In this document: one piece after another, positions 37,149 to 47,126 of the stretch
Numbering within the stretch: the first letter of the stretch is position 1
Layout of the letters: every line of letters begins with the position of its first letter
Origin: Sandaracinaceae bacterium
GTDB taxonomy: Bacteria > Myxococcota_A > Polyangia > Polyangiales > Sandaracinaceae
NCBI GenBank assembly: GCA_044220955.1
Contig: JBGAQA010000001.1
Coordinates: forward strand, 70,962 to 134,961
Reading direction: 5' to 3'
Length of the DNA stretch: 64,000 bases
Position numbers and translations under genes: made by a program
Notes under the pieces: model-generated
The model's database searches: none
Seen by the model: only the letters and a program-made list of their open reading frames with translations
What the model was told of the DNA's origin: nothing

Positions 37149-39208
37149 CAGGACAGCCCGTTTCGCTCCAGCAGGGCGTCGATCTTCGGCTCGCGGCCCA
37201 TGAAGTCGACGAAGAGCTTCATCGGGTCCTCGGCGTCGCCGCGGCTGAGCAGCTTCTCGCGGAACGCCCTGCCGACCTCGCGACACCGCTCGAGCGGCAA
37301 GAGCACGCCACCGTGCTTGAAGCGCGTGAACGCGTCGGCGTCGAGCACCTCGGCCCACTTGTACGAGTAATAGCCCGCGGCGTACCCGACCGGGCTCGCG
37401 AACAGATGGGTGAAGCTCGTCACGAGCGCGTAGTCCTCCGGCACGGGCGCGGCCGAGTAGGGAGCGAGCTTGTCGCGCGCGTAGGGCAGGAGCGGTCCGT
37501 CCCTGCCCGCGTCGTAGTCGCGGTGCAGCGCGAGATCGAGCGACGCGAAGCCCAGCTGGCGCATCTGCATCGAGGCGGCGCGGAACGCGCGCGTCCGCGC
37601 CATGCCCGAGAAGAGCTCGTCCGGGATCGGCGCGTCCGTCTCGAAGTGCCGCGCGAAGAGGTCGAGGACGGCGCGCTCCCAGGTCCAGTTCTCCATGATC
37701 TGCGAGGGCAGCTCGACGAAGTCCCAGGCGACGTTGGTCCCCGCGAGGCTGCGCACCTCGACCTTCGAGAGCAGCTGGTGGAGCAGGTGCCCGAACTCGT
37801 GGAAGAGCGTCTCGACCTCGTCGTGGGTCAGGAGCGCGGGACTGCCGTCGACGGGGGGCGTCGCGTTCGCACAGAAGAGGCCCACGTGCGGATCGAAGCC
37901 GCCGCCCTCGACCGGACCGCCCATGATCAGCGAGTTCATCCACGCGCCGCCGCGCTTGCTCTCGCGCGGGAAGAGGTCGACGTGGAAGACCCCGAGCAGC
38001 GCGTCTCCGTCGCGGATCGAGAACACGCGCACCGACTCGTGCCAGCTCGGCAGGTCCATCTGCGCGAACGAGACACCGTAGAGCGCGCTCGCGAGCGAGA
38101 AGAGGCCCTCGAGCACGCGCTCGGCGGAGAAGTAAGGGCGCAGCGCCTCCTCGTCGAAGTCGTAGCGCGCGAGGCGCAGCTTCTCCGTGTAGTAGGCGAC
38201 GTCCCAGGGTGCGAGCGGCGGCGCCGCCGCGCCCTCGAGCTCGCGCCGGAACGCGAGCAGCTCGCCCCGCTCGCGCTCGAACGCCGGCCGCGTGCGCGAC
38301 TCGAGCTCTTGCACGAAGCGCGAGGCGGCGGCGCCGTCCTTGGCCATCCGGTCCTCGAGCACGAGATCGGCGAAGTCGCGCTTGCCCAGGATCGCGGCCT
38401 TCTCCTTCCGCAAGGCCAGGATGCCGAGGACCAGGCTCGTGTTGTCGTGCTCGCCGCGGCTCGCGCGCGCGTTGAACGCGCGCCACACCTTCTCGCGGAC
38501 GGCGGCGTCGTCGAGGTACGTCAGCACGGCCATCACGCTCGGCGCCTGCAGCGTGAAGCGCCAGCCCCGCTCGAGGCCCTTGCCGGCCGCCGACGCACGA
38601 GCTCCCGCGACGGCGCTCGGCGGAAGGCCCGCGAGCCTGCGCTCATCCTCGATCACCAGCTCCCAGGCGTTCGTCGCGTCGAGGACGTTCTCCGAGTACT
38701 TCTGTGTGAGCTTGGTGAGCTCGACGTCGATCGCGAGCAAGCGCTCCTTGCCCGCCGGCGGCAAGTCGGCGCCCGCGCGCCGGAACTCGTCGAGCGTCTT
38801 GTCGAGGTGGCGCTTGCGTGCCCCCGTCAGGGCCGCGGCGTCGGGCGTCCTCGCGTACGCCGAGATCGCCGCCCAGAGATCGGCGTCGAGCGGAAGGGAC
38901 GCGAAGAACTCGCTCACACGCGGTTTCGCCTCGTTGACCGCGGCGCGCAGCTCGGGCGTCGTGACGACGCTCTCGAGGTGCGAGACGAGCCCCATCGCGC
39001 GGCTGAGCGCCTCGGTCGCGCGATCGAGCGCGCCGAGCATGGCGTCGTAGGTCGTCGGCCTCGCGGCAGCGATGGCTCGGACGGCAACGCGGCCCCCGGC
39101 CAGCAGCGCGTCGATCGCGGGTGCGACGTGGGCAGGGGTGATCCGGTCGAAGGGCAGGCCGGGCCCGTCGTGGCCGACGTCGAGGAGCGGGTTCGAGGTC
39201 TGGGACAT
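37148..39208 (-). CDS. prlC: M3 family oligopeptidase A
   Basis: NPLL, KRGGAWM, LFHEFGHLLH, DFVELPSQ.MENW, GYYSYKWAEVL. Confidence 0.93.
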   Translation of the reverse strand: MSQTSNPLLDVGHDGPGLPFDRITPAHVAPAIDALLAGGRVAVRAIAAARPTTYDAMLGALDRATEALSRAMGLVSHLESVVTTPELRAAVNEAKPRVSEFFASLPLDADLWAAISAYARTPDAAALTGARKRHLDKTLDEFRRAGADLPPAGKERLLAIDVELTKLTQKYSENVLDATNAWELVIEDERRLAGLPPSAVAGARASAAGKGLERGWRFTLQAPSVMAVLTYLDDAAVREKVWRAFNARASRGEHDNTSLVLGILALRKEKAAILGKRDFADLVLEDRMAKDGAAASRFVQELESRTRPAFERERGELLAFRRELEGAAAPPLAPWDVAYYTEKLRLARYDFDEEALRPYFSAERVLEGLFSLASALYGVSFAQMDLPSWHESVRVFSIRDGDALLGVFHVDLFPRESKRGGAWMNSLIMGGPVEGGGFDPHVGLFCANATPPVDGSPALLTHDEVETLFHEFGHLLHQLLSKVEVRSLAGTNVAWDFVELPSQIMENWTWERAVLDLFARHFETDAPIPDELFSGMARTRAFRAASMQMRQLGFASLDLALHRDYDAGRDGPLLPYARDKLAPYSAAPVPEDYALVTSFTHLFASPVGYAAGYYSYKWAEVLDADAFTRFKHGGVLLPLERCREVGRAFREKLLSRGDAEDPMKLFVDFMGREPKIDALLERNGLS

Positions 39209-39356
39209 CAGGGCTGGAGAATGGCACGTCGATGGCGCGACGCCCTCCCGGCCCGCGCTCGCCGCCGCGGGCTCTTTCGCCACGGCGCGCCGAATCGCCC
39301 CGCGGCACCCTCGCACAGCTCCGCTCGTTTTCGCGGGGATCCATCGGTCCCGCGCA

Positions 39357-39372
39357 TGGCATCGCCCGTGCA
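39357..39372 (+). promoter_or_regulatory. Putative sigma54 -24/-12 promoter with no downstream + strand CDS
   Basis: TGGCATCGCCCGTGCA (GG-N10-GC). Confidence 0.55.
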
Positions 39373-39384
39373 AATGGTCGGCGC

Positions 39385-39492
39385 GCGGCGCTCTCCCGGC
39401 GTCCGACACCGACGCTCGCGCGGACCGATGGCCCCAACTCGCGTCCGCGACTCCTTGGTCGCTTCGGTGTCGGACTCCGGGGGAGCGCTCCG
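39385..39492 (+). ncRNA. Candidate structured small RNA (long hairpin)
   Basis: 39388-39399 pairs with 39477-39488 and 39401-39412 pairs with 39464-39475; begins at the expected sigma54 start site. Confidence 0.4.
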
Positions 39493-39500
39493 GCCTTCCG

Positions 39501-40028
39501 TCAGCGTCGCGTCATGGCGACGGGCGCAGCGAGGGTGACGCGCGCGCCGAGCGCCGGGTACGCGGCGCGGAGGTCGGCGTCGATCGAGTCGTGGGGCAGC
39601 CAGTCGGCCCGCCCCGCGCAGACACGCCCCGACGCCACGCTGCGGTCGAAGACGACGTGGCCCGGATACACGACGCCGCCCGCCGCGATCTCGATGCAGC
39701 GCACCTCGTCGTCCGGCACGTCGTGCTCGGACAGGACCCCGGGCGCCTCCTCGCAGCGCACGTGGACCACGCAGTAGCGCCCCGCCGGCAGCACGTACAC
39801 CTCCAGCCCTCCGTCCGGCAGCGTCGGACCGACCTCGGCGCAGCGGCCGCGGTCGCCGTCGACGCAGAGCGTGAGATCGACCCGCGGAGCCTGCTCGGAG
39901 GCGACGATCAGCGCGCCCTCGTGCGCGCCGACCCGCGTGGTGTCCCCGGGGTGGACGACGCGAGCCAGGCCGGCGCTACAAGACGAGACGACGAGCAGGA
40001 CGAGCGCGACCGAAAGCAGCCGTGGCAT
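39501..40028 (-). CDS. Hypothetical lipoprotein
   Basis: Lipobox VSSC; VYVLPAGRYC, VVYPG. Confidence 0.65.
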   Translation of the reverse strand: MPRLLSVALVLLVVSSCSAGLARVVHPGDTTRVGAHEGALIVASEQAPRVDLTLCVDGDRGRCAEVGPTLPDGGLEVYVLPAGRYCVVHVRCEEAPGVLSEHDVPDDEVRCIEIAAGGVVYPGHVVFDRSVASGRVCAGRADWLPHDSIDADLRAAYPALGARVTLAAPVAMTRR

Positions 40029-40114
40029 CGGCCGCAGATAGCACGCTCCGCGGCCGAGGAGGCACGAGCGCGATGGCGGCGGCGCTCACCCGGAGCGCGG
40101 CGACCCTGGCGTCG

Positions 40115-41314
40115 CTACGGCGTGATCGTGAACACGTCCGAGCACGTCGTCGCACCGCCCGGGCCCGCGCCGACGATCAGCTCGAGCGTGTGGGTCCCGG
40201 GGCCGAGCAACGAGCCGGCGACGGTGCTCGTGCCGCTACACGGCGTCGAGAACACCGGGTTCCCATCGAGCCGCCCGGAGCACATCGATCCGTTCGACGC
40301 CGCGGTGATCGTGAACGTCGTCGCCCCGCTTCCTGATGGGGGGCTCACGTCGAGCGTGCACGTCGTGGTACCCGTGACCCCGGAGTCGCCCGGCCCGGCG
40401 TCGGACACGCCGGCGTCGGGCGCCTCGGTCACGACGACGCTCGCCGAGCACGTGGTCGGCCCCGACGGACCTGCGGCGACCGAGAGCGTCACCGTGTGGG
40501 TCCCGGCGGGGAACGACACGTCGAAGGTGGCGTTGCAGGGCACCGAGAGCGCGGCGCTCCCGTCGACGGAGGCCGTGCAGGAGGAGCCGTTGCTCGCGCC
40601 GGTGAGCGTGAACGTGTCCGCCGTCGTCCCGGAGGGTGGACGGCTCGAGACGGAGCACGTGGTGACGCCCGGGCCTGCGTCGCGCGGACCGGCGTCCGGG
40701 GCCGGTACGACGACGACGCTGGTCGCGCAGGTCGTGGGACCGCTCGGCCCGCTCCCGACGGACAGCTCGAGCGTGTGCGTGCCGGCGCCGAGCAGCGTCC
40801 CTGCGACGCTGGCCGTGATGCTGCACGGAACGCTCAGCGGCGTGCTCGCGTCGAGCCGGAGCGTGCAGCCGGCGCCGTTGCTGTCGATGGTCAGCTCGAA
40901 CGCGTCGGTCTCGACCACCATCGACGGCGCGACGCCGATGGCGCAGGAGGTCGTGGCGGAGTCGACGAGCGCCGCGTCGCGCAGGGCAGCGTCCGGGGAG
41001 GCGAACGCGTCCGTGAGGCCCCCATCCGAGGAGCCCGCGTCCGAGGGGCCCGCGTCCGACGTGCTCGCGTCGTCGCGCGCCGCGTCGAGATCCGCGTCCC
41101 CCGTCGTCCCCGCGTCCGCGAGGGAGCCGTCGGCGCTGCCGCCGTCCGGCGCGCCCGCCTCGGCCGCGCCGTCCACGCGGCCGTCGAGCGATCCCCCGTC
41201 GCGCGGCCCCGCGTCCGGCGCGCCCATGTCGAGGGTCGCGGCCTGAGGGTCGGCGCACCCCGGGGCGCCGAGCAGGACGGCAGAGCAGAAGCAGGCGGCC
41301 GAGAGCGAGCGCAT
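40115..41314 (-). CDS. Lipoprotein with a DAG-rich linker and three Cys-containing Ig-like repeats
   Basis: APGC lipobox; three units ending GTHT.(E/T)L.V..GP.G.TTC. Confidence 0.7.
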   Translation of the reverse strand: MRSLSAACFCSAVLLGAPGCADPQAATLDMGAPDAGPRDGGSLDGRVDGAAEAGAPDGGSADGSLADAGTTGDADLDAARDDASTSDAGPSDAGSSDGGLTDAFASPDAALRDAALVDSATTSCAIGVAPSMVVETDAFELTIDSNGAGCTLRLDASTPLSVPCSITASVAGTLLGAGTHTLELSVGSGPSGPTTCATSVVVVPAPDAGPRDAGPGVTTCSVSSRPPSGTTADTFTLTGASNGSSCTASVDGSAALSVPCNATFDVSFPAGTHTVTLSVAAGPSGPTTCSASVVVTEAPDAGVSDAGPGDSGVTGTTTCTLDVSPPSGSGATTFTITAASNGSMCSGRLDGNPVFSTPCSGTSTVAGSLLGPGTHTLELIVGAGPGGATTCSDVFTITP

Positions 41315-41376
41315 CGACCAAGCGTGCTCGACCCGCCGGACGAGGCAAGCGCGCGCTTCGAGCAGGCCGGCCCGGA

Positions 41377-44300
41377 TCACTCCTCGGCTTCGCCGGGGAC
41401 CGGCTCGCTCGGGATCACGGGCGCGGCAGCCGCGTCGTCCACGCGGACCTCGCGGGGCCGCCCGAGGATCCAGCGGATCACGACGTCGGCGCTGACGTTC
41501 TTCACGCCCTCCATGAAGAGGTAGAAGACCGGCACGACGAGCAGCGTGAGGAAGGTCGAGCTGATCACGCCGCCGATGACACCGATGGCCATCGGCGAGC
41601 GGAACTCGCTGCCCGGCCCCGTGTTGAGCGCGGTCGGGAGCATGCCGAGCACCATCGCGGCGCTCGTCATCAGGATCGGACGAAGGCGCGAGGGGCCGGC
41701 GTCGAGGATGGCCTCGCGCGGCGTCATGCCCTGCTCGCGCACGCAGGTCACCGCGTGATCGACGAGCAGGATGCCGTTCTTCGTCACCAGGCCCATCAGC
41801 AGGATCATGCCGATGGAGGCGCCCATCGACATCGCGCTCGCGTTCAGGAACAGCGCGACGATCGCGCCGACGATCGCGAGCGGCAGCGCCATCATGATGG
41901 TGACCGGGTGCATGAACGACTCGAACTGCGAGGCGAGCACCAGGTAGATGAAGAGGATGCCGAGGCCGAGCGCGATCAGCATGTTCTCGTTCGACTCGTT
42001 CATCATCTCGACCTCGCCGCGCCAGATGTAGGCGACGCCCTCGGGCAAGGTCTCTCCGGCGATGGCCGCCTCGAACTCGTTCACGATGTCACCGAGCGGG
42101 CGCCCCTCGCGCGAGGCGAGCACGACGACGGTGCGCTGCCGGTCGAAGCGCTGGATCTCGGCGGGGCCCTCCCCCCGGGTCGCGGTCGCGAAGTCCGTCA
42201 GAGGCACGAAGCCACCCGCCGTCGGGACGCGGAGGTTGGCGATGAGCGCCGCGCTGCCGCGATCCTCCTCGCGCAGCCGGACGCGGATGTCGACGTCGTC
42301 GTCACCGTCGCGGTAGATGCCGGCGAGCTCGCCCTCGACGCTCGCGCGCACCGTGCTCGCGACGAGCGCGAGCGGGATCCCGCGCTGCGTCGCGCGGTCG
42401 CGATCGACGTGCAGCTCGAGCTCGGGCGAGCCGGGCGTGTACTGCACGTCCACGTCGATGGCGCCGGGGATTCCGCGCAGCACGTCGCCGAAGTGGGTGG
42501 CGGTGGCGGCGATGTCGTCGAGGTCGTCGCCCGTGACGTAGAGCTGGATGGGCTGCGTCGCGCCGCCCTCGACGATGCCGGGATCGGAGATGGAGATCTC
42601 GGCCGTGGGCATGTGCCGCCGCACGATGGCGCGCACGCGCTCCTTGAGCTCGTCCTGGGTGGACTCGCGCTCGGTCTTGGGGACCGCCACCACCCGCCAG
42701 ATGATGAAGTTCGACCGACCGCCAGTGCCGGCGCGCGCGTAGACCGTGACGAAGTCGTGGTCCTCGATCACCTCGCGCTCGCCCTCGAGCGAGAGGCGCT
42801 GGGTCTCCTCGACGCGCGTGCCCGCGGGCAGCTCGATCTCGACGTTGAACTGCCCGCGGTCCTCGGCGGACGTGAACTCGTTGCCCATGAGCGGCATGAG
42901 CGCGCCGGTGGACATGAGCATGCCGAGCGCGAAGAGGAGCACCAGGCCCATCCGGATCCGGGTCGCAGTGATCCCGCGCAAGAGCGACAGATAGAGGCCG
43001 TCGAGCGTCTCGTAGAGGGCCGTCAGCGGCCGCTGGACGAAGCCGAAGAAGCCGAACTGCGGCGCGCCGGCCTTGCGCTGCACGGCCAGCCGGGCGCTCA
43101 GCATCGGATCGAGCGTGAACGCGACGTACGCCGAGATGACGGTCGCGCCGGCGATGGTGAGGCCGAACTCGCGGAAGAACTGTCCGATGATGCCGCCCGT
43201 GAACGCGACCGGGACGAAGACGGCGCAGAGCGTCGCGGTCGTCGCGAGGACGGCGAGCGTGATCTCGCGCGTGCCCTTGCTCGCCGCCGCCACCGGATCC
43301 TCGCCGCGCTCGAGGTGCTTCATGATGTTCTCGCGGACCACGATCGAGTCGTCGATCAAGAGGCCGATCGCGAGCGAGAGACCCAGGAGGGTCATCATGT
43401 TGAGCGTGAAGTCGAGCACCCACATCAGGAAGAAGGCGCCGAGCACGGACGTCGGCAGCGCCAGCGCGCTGATGAACGTGCTGCGCAGGTCGAGCAAGAA
43501 CAGGAGGATCACGAGGATGGCCGCGGCGCCGCCGTAGAGCAGCGAGGTCTGCACCTCCTCGGCGTTCTCCAGGATGAACTCCGCCTGGTTCATGATCAGG
43601 TGCGGCGCGACGCCCGTCGGGAAGTGCATCGAGGCCAGGCGATCCTGCACGCCCTGGCTCGTGGCGACGGTGTTCGCGCCCGACGCCTTGGCGATCTCGA
43701 AGACGACCGCCGGCTCGCCGTTGGCGCGAACGACCTGATCGAGGTCGGTGAAGCCGTCCTCGATGCTCGCGACGTCGGCGAGCCGCACGATGGAGCCGTC
43801 GGTGCCGTGACCGATGGGCAGCGCGCGCAGCTCGTCGATGCTCGTGAGCTCGCCGAGCGTGCGCACGGCGATGCGGCGCTCACCCTCGTCGAAGTCGCCC
43901 GCCGGGACGCTGAGGTTCTCGGCGCGGATGCGCTCGACGACCGAGAGCGGCGTCATCCCGATCGCCATGATGCGGTCGAGGTCGAGCAGGACGTTCACCT
44001 GCCGCTCGCGGCCGCCCGCGACGTTCACGCTCGCGACGCCGTCGACCTGCTCGAGCAGCGGGCGCAGCTCGTCCTCGGCGAAGTCGCGCAGCGTCTGCGT
44101 GTCGGCGCCGCTCAGCGTGTACGTCATGATCGGCGCGGCGTTCACGTCGACCCGCGCGACGGTCGGATCCTCGATCTGCCGCGGGAGCAGGCCGCGCGTC
44201 TGGGCCACGCGCTCCCGGACGAGCGTCGCGGCCTCCATGATGTCCACGTCCAGCTCGAACTGGATGACGACGACGGAGACGGAGTCGCGCGAGAAGCTCG

Positions 44301-44541
44301 TGATGTTGTCGACGCCGGGGAGCGACACGATCGCGTCCTCCAGCTTGTCGGTGACCTGCTGCTCGACCTCGGCCGGGCTCGCGCCCGGGTAGACGGTCGT
44401 CACCGTGACGATCGGGAACTGGATGTCGGGGAAGAGGTTCACCCCGAGGCGGAACAACGCGAGCAGGCCGAGCACGGCCACACCCAGCGACACCATCGTC
44501 GTGAAGACCGGCCGCTTGATGCTGACGTCCGAGAGCGTCAC
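41377..44541 (-). CDS. RND efflux permease (AcrB/MdtC family)
   Basis: SIKRPVF, YPGASP.EVE, IGLLIDDSIVV.ENI, KNGILLVD, RLRPILMT. Confidence 0.96.
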   Translation of the reverse strand: MTLSDVSIKRPVFTTMVSLGVAVLGLLALFRLGVNLFPDIQFPIVTVTTVYPGASPAEVEQQVTDKLEDAIVSLPGVDNITSFSRDSVSVVVIQFELDVDIMEAATLVRERVAQTRGLLPRQIEDPTVARVDVNAAPIMTYTLSGADTQTLRDFAEDELRPLLEQVDGVASVNVAGGRERQVNVLLDLDRIMAIGMTPLSVVERIRAENLSVPAGDFDEGERRIAVRTLGELTSIDELRALPIGHGTDGSIVRLADVASIEDGFTDLDQVVRANGEPAVVFEIAKASGANTVATSQGVQDRLASMHFPTGVAPHLIMNQAEFILENAEEVQTSLLYGGAAAILVILLFLLDLRSTFISALALPTSVLGAFFLMWVLDFTLNMMTLLGLSLAIGLLIDDSIVVRENIMKHLERGEDPVAAASKGTREITLAVLATTATLCAVFVPVAFTGGIIGQFFREFGLTIAGATVISAYVAFTLDPMLSARLAVQRKAGAPQFGFFGFVQRPLTALYETLDGLYLSLLRGITATRIRMGLVLLFALGMLMSTGALMPLMGNEFTSAEDRGQFNVEIELPAGTRVEETQRLSLEGEREVIEDHDFVTVYARAGTGGRSNFIIWRVVAVPKTERESTQDELKERVRAIVRRHMPTAEISISDPGIVEGGATQPIQLYVTGDDLDDIAATATHFGDVLRGIPGAIDVDVQYTPGSPELELHVDRDRATQRGIPLALVASTVRASVEGELAGIYRDGDDDVDIRVRLREEDRGSAALIANLRVPTAGGFVPLTDFATATRGEGPAEIQRFDRQRTVVVLASREGRPLGDIVNEFEAAIAGETLPEGVAYIWRGEVEMMNESNENMLIALGLGILFIYLVLASQFESFMHPVTIMMALPLAIVGAIVALFLNASAMSMGASIGMILLMGLVTKNGILLVDHAVTCVREQGMTPREAILDAGPSRLRPILMTSAAMVLGMLPTALNTGPGSEFRSPMAIGVIGGVISSTFLTLLVVPVFYLFMEGVKNVSADVVIRWILGRPREVRVDDAAAAPVIPSEPVPGEAEE

Positions 44542-44658
44542 GCGACCACCGGAGTGCTCGCCACGGAGGGCCCGGACGGTGGCGCGCGTCGAGCGCGCGG
44601 ACGGGAGGGACCGCAGGGGCGAGCCGAGTCATTCATCGCCGGTCTCCCGCCCTCCCGG

Positions 44659-45849
44659 TCACCGCGACGCCGTCTCGGGGGCCGTCTCGGGGAGCACGGG
44701 CGCCACGATGGCGCCCTCGTGCGTCGTCGCCGGGCGCACGACCACGTGGTCGTCTTCGGTGATGCCGCTCGTGACGAGCCAGTGGCCCTCGAGGTCCGAC
44801 TGGGCCTCGATCGCGCGCGAGCGGACCGTCCCGTCGGCGTCGACGACGAGGACCGTCCCGTTCGGCCGCCGCGCCGTCGCGGGGATCCGCCACGCGGGCA
44901 TCGGCTCGCCGACCATCACGCGCGCCCGCACGATCGCGTGGGCCACGAGCGCGCCATCGCCGTTCGGCACGAGCACCTCGACCGGCGCACGGCGCGTCGT
45001 CGGATCCAGCGAGCGGACGATGCTGGTGATCGCCCCGGCGGGAGGCGCCGAGCGAACGCCGGTCGCTGCGGTCGCCGTGGGGACCTCGAGCGTCGCCGTC
45101 ATCCCCTCGCGGAGCATCGCGAGCTCGCTCTCGCTGACCGTGGTGTGCAGGCGCAGCGCGCCGAGATCCTCGATGCGCGCGACCACCACGCCCGGCGCGG
45201 CGATCGAGCCCGTGCCGTCGGGCACGCGGGTGAGCACGCCGTCGAAGGGGGCCCGCAGCACGTGATCGGCACTGCTCGTCGACACCGAGCGCAGGCCCGC
45301 GCGCGCCTGCAGGAGCTGCGCTTGCGCGACGGCGAGCTGCTGCTGCGCCTGCGTGAGCTCGCGCTGCGGCGAGGCGCCCGACGCCGTGAGGCGCTCCAGC
45401 ACGGTCACGCGGTCCTGGATCATGTCGACGTTGGCCTGCGCGACGTCGATGGCGGCCTGCGTCTGGTCCTGGGTCGCGCTCACGCTCGCGCGATCGAGCG
45501 TCGCGAGCGTCTGCCCGCCGCGCACGTGCTCGCCGAGCGCCGCGGAGACCGTCCGCACGCGACCCGGGACGGCGAACGAGAGATCGGCCGCGTGGGCGGG
45601 CTCGAGCGAGCCCTGCAGGACCACCATGCGCGGAAGGGCCGCCGCGACGGGGACGGCGACCTCGACGCTCGGGGCCTGCCCCGACGCCTCGGCAGAAGCG
45701 GCGCGCTCCGCGGCGAGCTGCGCTTGCGTCGCCGACGCGGCTCCCATGCGGGTCGCGAGCGCGGCCCCGAGGCCGACGACGACGAGCAACGCCAGGAGCG
45801 CGGCGAGGCGCTTGGCGAGCGTGGGGGGTTCCTTGATTGCCGTGTGCAT
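44659..45849 (-). CDS. RND periplasmic adaptor (membrane fusion protein)
   Basis: N-terminal TM, LSFAVPGRV, LRAPFDGV, LDPTTRR. Confidence 0.93.
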   Translation of the reverse strand: MHTAIKEPPTLAKRLAALLALLVVVGLGAALATRMGAASATQAQLAAERAASAEASGQAPSVEVAVPVAAALPRMVVLQGSLEPAHAADLSFAVPGRVRTVSAALGEHVRGGQTLATLDRASVSATQDQTQAAIDVAQANVDMIQDRVTVLERLTASGASPQRELTQAQQQLAVAQAQLLQARAGLRSVSTSSADHVLRAPFDGVLTRVPDGTGSIAAPGVVVARIEDLGALRLHTTVSESELAMLREGMTATLEVPTATAATGVRSAPPAGAITSIVRSLDPTTRRAPVEVLVPNGDGALVAHAIVRARVMVGEPMPAWRIPATARRPNGTVLVVDADGTVRSRAIEAQSDLEGHWLVTSGITEDDHVVVRPATTHEGAIVAPVLPETAPETASR

Positions 45850-46007
45850 GGCCTTGCTGCGGCGGAGCGCTCGCCGCCTCCCCGACGCCGAGCGCCCCGA
45901 CCTTGCTCCGCGATCGTTGCGCCCGCAAGTGCGGCCGGAGGCTGGTACGATTCTTCACTTTCGTCCCCCTCACGTCGTCCCCTTCACGTCCCTTCACGAG
46001 GTCACGC

Positions 46008-46751
46008 ATGCACCGCTCTGCCCGTCTCGCTGCCCTGTCACTGCTGCCGGTTCTCCTGCTCGCGCTCGGCGCGCCGGGCTGTGGTGGCTCGACGACCACG
46101 CCCGGGACCGATGCAGGGACCGGTGGAGCCGACACCGGCGCCGACGCCGGGACCGGCGGCGCGGATGCGGGATCCGACGCCGGCGGCGCGGGCGCGGACT
46201 CCGGATCCGACGGCGGGATCGATGCCGCGGCGGCCGTCGACGCGAACTCCACGCCCACCGACGGGGGTGGAACGCTCGCCACCTGCGGTGGCCGCAGCGG
46301 GCCCTGCGCGGGCGACGAGTGGTGCGACTACGCACCGGGCGGCGTGCCGTGTGGGGCCGCGGACGGGACCGGCGTCTGTCGCGCGCGCCCCGACGCGTGC
46401 GTGCCCGCGACCGAGATCGTCTGCGGGTGCGACGGCGTCACGTACGAGAACGCGTGCGAGGCCGCGCGGGCCGGGGCGGACGTCCAGACGAGCGGCGGCT
46501 GCAGCGGCGCGCCGACCTTCGGTTGCGGAGGCGCAATTCGCTGCGCCACGTCGGTCGAGTACTGCCAGCTCACCACGGGCGGCGCCGACCCCGGCTTCAC
46601 CAGCTACCAGTGCGTACCGCTCCCCTCGCGCTGCACGGCGAGCGGCAGCACGCCGCCCTCGTGCACGTTCTGCTTTCCGTCCGGCCCGCCGGGCGGTACG
46701 TGCGACGATGGGGCGAGCGGCGAGCTCACCGTGACCTTGCTCGCCCCGTAG
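46008..46751 (+). CDS. Cys-rich lipoprotein with a Kazal-like domain
   Basis: APGC lipobox, GxDAG repeats, VCGCDGVTYENACEA. Confidence 0.8.
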   Translation: MHRSARLAALSLLPVLLLALGAPGCGGSTTTPGTDAGTGGADTGADAGTGGADAGSDAGGAGADSGSDGGIDAAAAVDANSTPTDGGGTLATCGGRSGPCAGDEWCDYAPGGVPCGAADGTGVCRARPDACVPATEIVCGCDGVTYENACEAARAGADVQTSGGCSGAPTFGCGGAIRCATSVEYCQLTTGGADPGFTSYQCVPLPSRCTASGSTPPSCTFCFPSGPPGGTCDDGASGELTVTLLAP

Positions 46752-46793
46752 CCGCTGCGCGGATCGGAGGCTGAACGAGCGATCCGAAGGGTG

Positions 46794-47126
46794 TCAGCCC
46801 GCCTCGCCTGCCTCGGCGGGGTCGGCCTTGTCGGCCTTCGGCTTCGGCACGCGCTTCTTGCGGGGCGTCGACGACTTCTTCTTGGTCGCGGCCGGGACGC
46901 CGGTGTGGCGCAAGAGCGCCGCCGCGAGCGCGTTGCGCTCCTCCTGCGGGACGTCGATCTCCACGATCACGGCGCTGCCGTGCATGAACGTTCGCTCGCC
47001 GACGTTCTCGAAGACGAAAGTCCGGCGATCGACGAGCTCACCCGAGACGACGGCGCGGCCCCAGTCGGCGCGCCCCGAGTGGGCGAAGACGCGAGGCGTG
47101 GGGTGCTTGGGGGTGGGAGGTGCCAC
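46794..47126 (-). CDS. Small protein with an SH3-like N-domain and a Lys-rich tail
   Basis: AAGGA RBS + GTG; FAHSGRADWGRAVV, FENVGER; KKKSSTPRKKRVPKPK. Confidence 0.55.
   Translation of the reverse strand: MAPPTPKHPTPRVFAHSGRADWGRAVVSGELVDRRTFVFENVGERTFMHGSAVIVEIDVPQEERNALAAALLRHTGVPAATKKKSSTPRKKRVPKPKADKADPAEAGEAG

Noticed and set aside
39385..39492. Hairpin as SRP RNA, 6S RNA, tRNA or retron msr-msd
   Set aside because: No SRP GGAA-loop motif, too short for 6S, no cloverleaf, and no reverse transcriptase in the window.
39428..39538. Short + strand ORF MAPTRVRDS...
   Set aside because: No RBS, buried in the hairpin, and overlaps the 39501-40028 gene in antisense.
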